DNA of 57,564 bases, taken from contig CAZXGO010000006.1 in assembly GCA_964640035.1 (NCBI GenBank), positions 1 to 57,564 of the forward strand. The letters are read 5' to 3'. Of this stretch, positions 55,492 to 57,564 are shown one piece after another (the first letter of the stretch is position 1; each line of letters opens with the position of its first letter). The position numbers and the translations under genes are program-made. Origin of the DNA: an uncultured Chitinophagales bacterium (GTDB lineage Bacteria; Bacteroidota; Rhodothermia; Balneolales; CAYWCV01). The notes under the pieces were generated by a model. It was given only the letters and a program-made list of their open reading frames with translations. It did not search any database and was not told where the DNA came from.

Positions 55492-56438
55492 TTCGAAAGG
55501 AAGACATTGATCTGGCACATGAGCGCATCAGGCCTTATATCCATCGCACGCCTGTTTTGACTAGCTCAACACTGAATGGGATGGCACAAGCTGAACTTTT
55601 CTTCAAATGTGAAAACTTTCAGAAGATCGGAGCCTTTAAAATCCGCGGAGGGATGAATGCGGCATTAAGTCTCACTGAAAAAGAGCGTGAGCGGGGGCTT
55701 GCAACCCACTCATCGGGGAATCATGCTCAGGCGATAGCTTATGCTGCACGAGAGCTAGGGGTCCCCGCATATATCGTGATGCCCCGCACCTCGCCAAAGC
55801 CGAAGGTGGAGGCCGTCCAAGGCTACGGAGCCTCCGTCCACTTTTGCGAGCCCAACCAGCAGGCACGCGAAGATACCATCGCCGCTATCGTAGCTCAAAC
55901 CGGGGCCGCCTTCATCCATCCGTACGACGACGATCGGGTCATCACAGGGCAGGCTACCTGCGCTAAGGAACTGCTCGAAGACATCCCTCACCTCGATGCC
56001 GTAGTGGCTCCTGTCGGTGGCGGCGGACTATTATCAGGCACCGCCCTGTCGGTCCATTTTTACAGGCCTATGGCGAAGACCTTTGCCGGCGAACCCGAAG
56101 GAGCCGCCGACGCCTTCGCATCTTTCTACTTGGGGGTCCTCCAGGCCGCTCCCTATATCGACACTATCGCGGATGGCCTCCTTACTAGATTGAGTGAACG
56201 CACGTTTACCATTATTCAGCAACAGGTATCTGATATCTTTACAGTATCCGAATCCGAGATCAAAGCGGCACTCAAACTGGTCTACGAGCGTATGAAAATT
56301 GTGGTCGAACCCAGTTGCGTGGTGCCGCTGGCTGCTGCGCTCAAACATCCGGAGGTCTTCGCCGGCAAACGGGTGGGCATCATCCTCACCGGAGGCAATG
56401 TGGATCTGGCACAAGTTGGAACTTGGATAAATCATTGA
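55488..56438 (+). CDS. PLP-dependent threonine/serine dehydratase (serine racemase-like, fold type II)
   Basis: FFKCENFQKIGAFKIRGG (PLP lysine), HSSGNHAQA, and the Gly-rich loop PVGGGGLLSG. The ATG overlaps the crtZ stop (ATGA). Confidence 0.85.
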   Translation: MIRKEDIDLAHERIRPYIHRTPVLTSSTLNGMAQAELFFKCENFQKIGAFKIRGGMNAALSLTEKERERGLATHSSGNHAQAIAYAARELGVPAYIVMPRTSPKPKVEAVQGYGASVHFCEPNQQAREDTIAAIVAQTGAAFIHPYDDDRVITGQATCAKELLEDIPHLDAVVAPVGGGGLLSGTALSVHFYRPMAKTFAGEPEGAADAFASFYLGVLQAAPYIDTIADGLLTRLSERTFTIIQQQVSDIFTVSESEIKAALKLVYERMKIVVEPSCVVPLAAALKHPEVFAGKRVGIILTGGNVDLAQVGTWINH

Positions 56439-56495
56439 TAATGATTAACAATTCCCTATTTTTCTTGTCCACTTATAACTAACCAATTACACCAG

Positions 56496-57050
56496 ATGTC
56501 CATAAAGGGAATTGCCTTGGTGCTTGCGGGTGTCTTTTTTGTATCCTGCGGCAATGCCACTGACGAAAATACTACCAACCTGGGTGTAGAGTACGTTAGT
56601 ATCGACGAGCCCACTTATAGTGTCTTGACTCGCGTTTTGGACGGATACTATGGAATTAAAGACGCAATGGTGACCAGCGAGGCTGAACAAGTTCGGACTG
56701 CTGCAGAAACCATGATCGCTACGGTATCTACACTCGATGCCAGTACACTTGATGAACAGACAGCTACGGCACTGAGGGCCGAAATAGACGCGGTACGTTT
56801 TGGAAGTCAAAGTATCTTTGAAGCAGCGACTATCGAAGATCAACGAGCACTGATGCCTGCACTTACGCAGAACCTGGAAGCCATCGTCAGAAAATATGGC
56901 GCAAGTAACTCTGCAGTCTACAAACAATTCTGCCCTATGGCTTTCAATGATACCGGAGCATATTGGTTGAGCAATAGCGAAGAAGTGATCAATCCCTACT
57001 TTGGAGATATGATGCTTCGCTGCGGCGAGGTAACCGAAAAGATAATGTAA
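56496..57050 (+). CDS. DUF3347 domain lipoprotein
   Basis: Lipobox FFVSCG and the C-terminal hallmark YKQFCPMAFNDTGAYWLSNSEEVINPYFGDMMLRCGEV. Confidence 0.75.
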   Translation: MSIKGIALVLAGVFFVSCGNATDENTTNLGVEYVSIDEPTYSVLTRVLDGYYGIKDAMVTSEAEQVRTAAETMIATVSTLDASTLDEQTATALRAEIDAVRFGSQSIFEAATIEDQRALMPALTQNLEAIVRKYGASNSAVYKQFCPMAFNDTGAYWLSNSEEVINPYFGDMMLRCGEVTEKIM

Positions 57051-57053
57051 AAA

Positions 57054-57083
57054 AACGCGGTCACTTTTCAGGGTGACCGCGTT
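57054..57083 (-). terminator. Hairpin terminator, T-run on the minus strand (serves the TonB-like gene)
   Basis: aacgcggtcac / gtgaccgcgtt stem. The minus-strand transcript would end in a U6 run. Confidence 0.7.
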
Positions 57084-57162
57084 ACAGATAGGTATGCTTA
57101 GTGCTCTTCCTCTTGACGAGTCAGAGTTTCTTCTGTGATATCAGGCATTTGCCTGAGGTTTC

Positions 57163-57564
57163 TTATCTCATCTCTTTTTTTTCAGCTGCGGTCAATCGAA
57201 ATACGATTGGGATGCTATACTGAACCCGAACGGCACGTCCACGTTGTTTACCGGGTCTGAATTTGGCTTTTCTTACCGCTTCCAAGGCTGCCTCATCACA
57301 TCCCCCACCTATTCCTCGTAAAACAACGGGATTTACCACGTTACCCTTTTCATCGATGATGAACTGTACAAAAACGCGTCCCTCGATACCCGCTTTTTTC
57401 GCTATTTCAGGGTATATCACGCTACGTTGAATAGATGCTAAACCCCCAATAAGCTCTGGCATCTCTTCGACGGCAATAAAGACCTCAGGCTCTTCTGGAA
57501 GTTCCTGTTTTTTTGCAGAGGGTGGAGCAGGCGGATTGGCTGGCAACTCAAGGGATTCGTCTAT
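57163..57564 (-). CDS. tonB: Energy transducer TonB, C-terminal part (ORF open at the right window edge)
   Basis: Pro-rich linker PANPPAPPSAKK and the TonB_C domain (YPEIAKKAGIEGRVFVQFIIDEKGNV..., FRPGKQRGRAVRVQYSIPIVF). The reading frame stays open to position 57564. Confidence 0.85.
   Translation of the reverse strand: MDESLELPANPPAPPSAKKQELPEEPEVFIAVEEMPELIGGLASIQRSVIYPEIAKKAGIEGRVFVQFIIDEKGNVVNPVVLRGIGGGCDEAALEAVRKAKFRPGKQRGRAVRVQYSIPIVFRLTAAEKKEMR

Overview
This 57.6-kb chromosomal window looks like it comes from an FCB-group bacterium (Bacteroidota/Balneolota-like). That assignment is an inference from the protein families present: a DUF5117-type zinc metalloprotease, DUF3347, an HsdR_N-type small nuclease-fold protein and TonB. 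I can support about 55 protein genes, and nearly all are housekeeping. They include secA, the rpmH-rnpA-yidD-yidC cluster, dnaX-ybaB-recR, topA, hutUHI, mnmE, scpB-rluB, comM, trxB, pntAA-pntAB-pntB, rimO, pheA, mdh, nadK, ddl, ggt, crtZ and several peptidases. I recognised no rRNA, tRNA, CRISPR array, transposase, integrase or known defence system by eye. What the gene list does not explain is mostly non-coding. Four families of intergenic elements are each built from tandem 8-16-bp words arranged as long imperfect palindromes: TTGAAGAG, CAATCA(C/T), CAAGGCA/GCATCAAT and CACAGATAA. One locus (41548-41784) nests three of the families. This repeat system is my best candidate for something undescribed, but its function is unknown. 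Other points worth a second look:
- An in-frame HigB-fragment/HigA fusion bracketed by one repeat family.
- A GC-rich hutUHI block.
- A low-GC island of three orphan secreted or unknown genes plus 477 bp of AT-rich non-coding DNA between mnmE and scpB.
- An E. coli-type A AAA AAG slippery heptamer, in frame, in dnaX.
- An NYN-cold-shock-domain fusion protein.
- A PD-(D/E)xK (HsdR_N) protein with an unknown C-terminal half, translationally coupled to yidC.
- A duplicated DRPKRSF-repeat extension on RluB.
Every call comes from reading the translations and the DNA. No database search was run.
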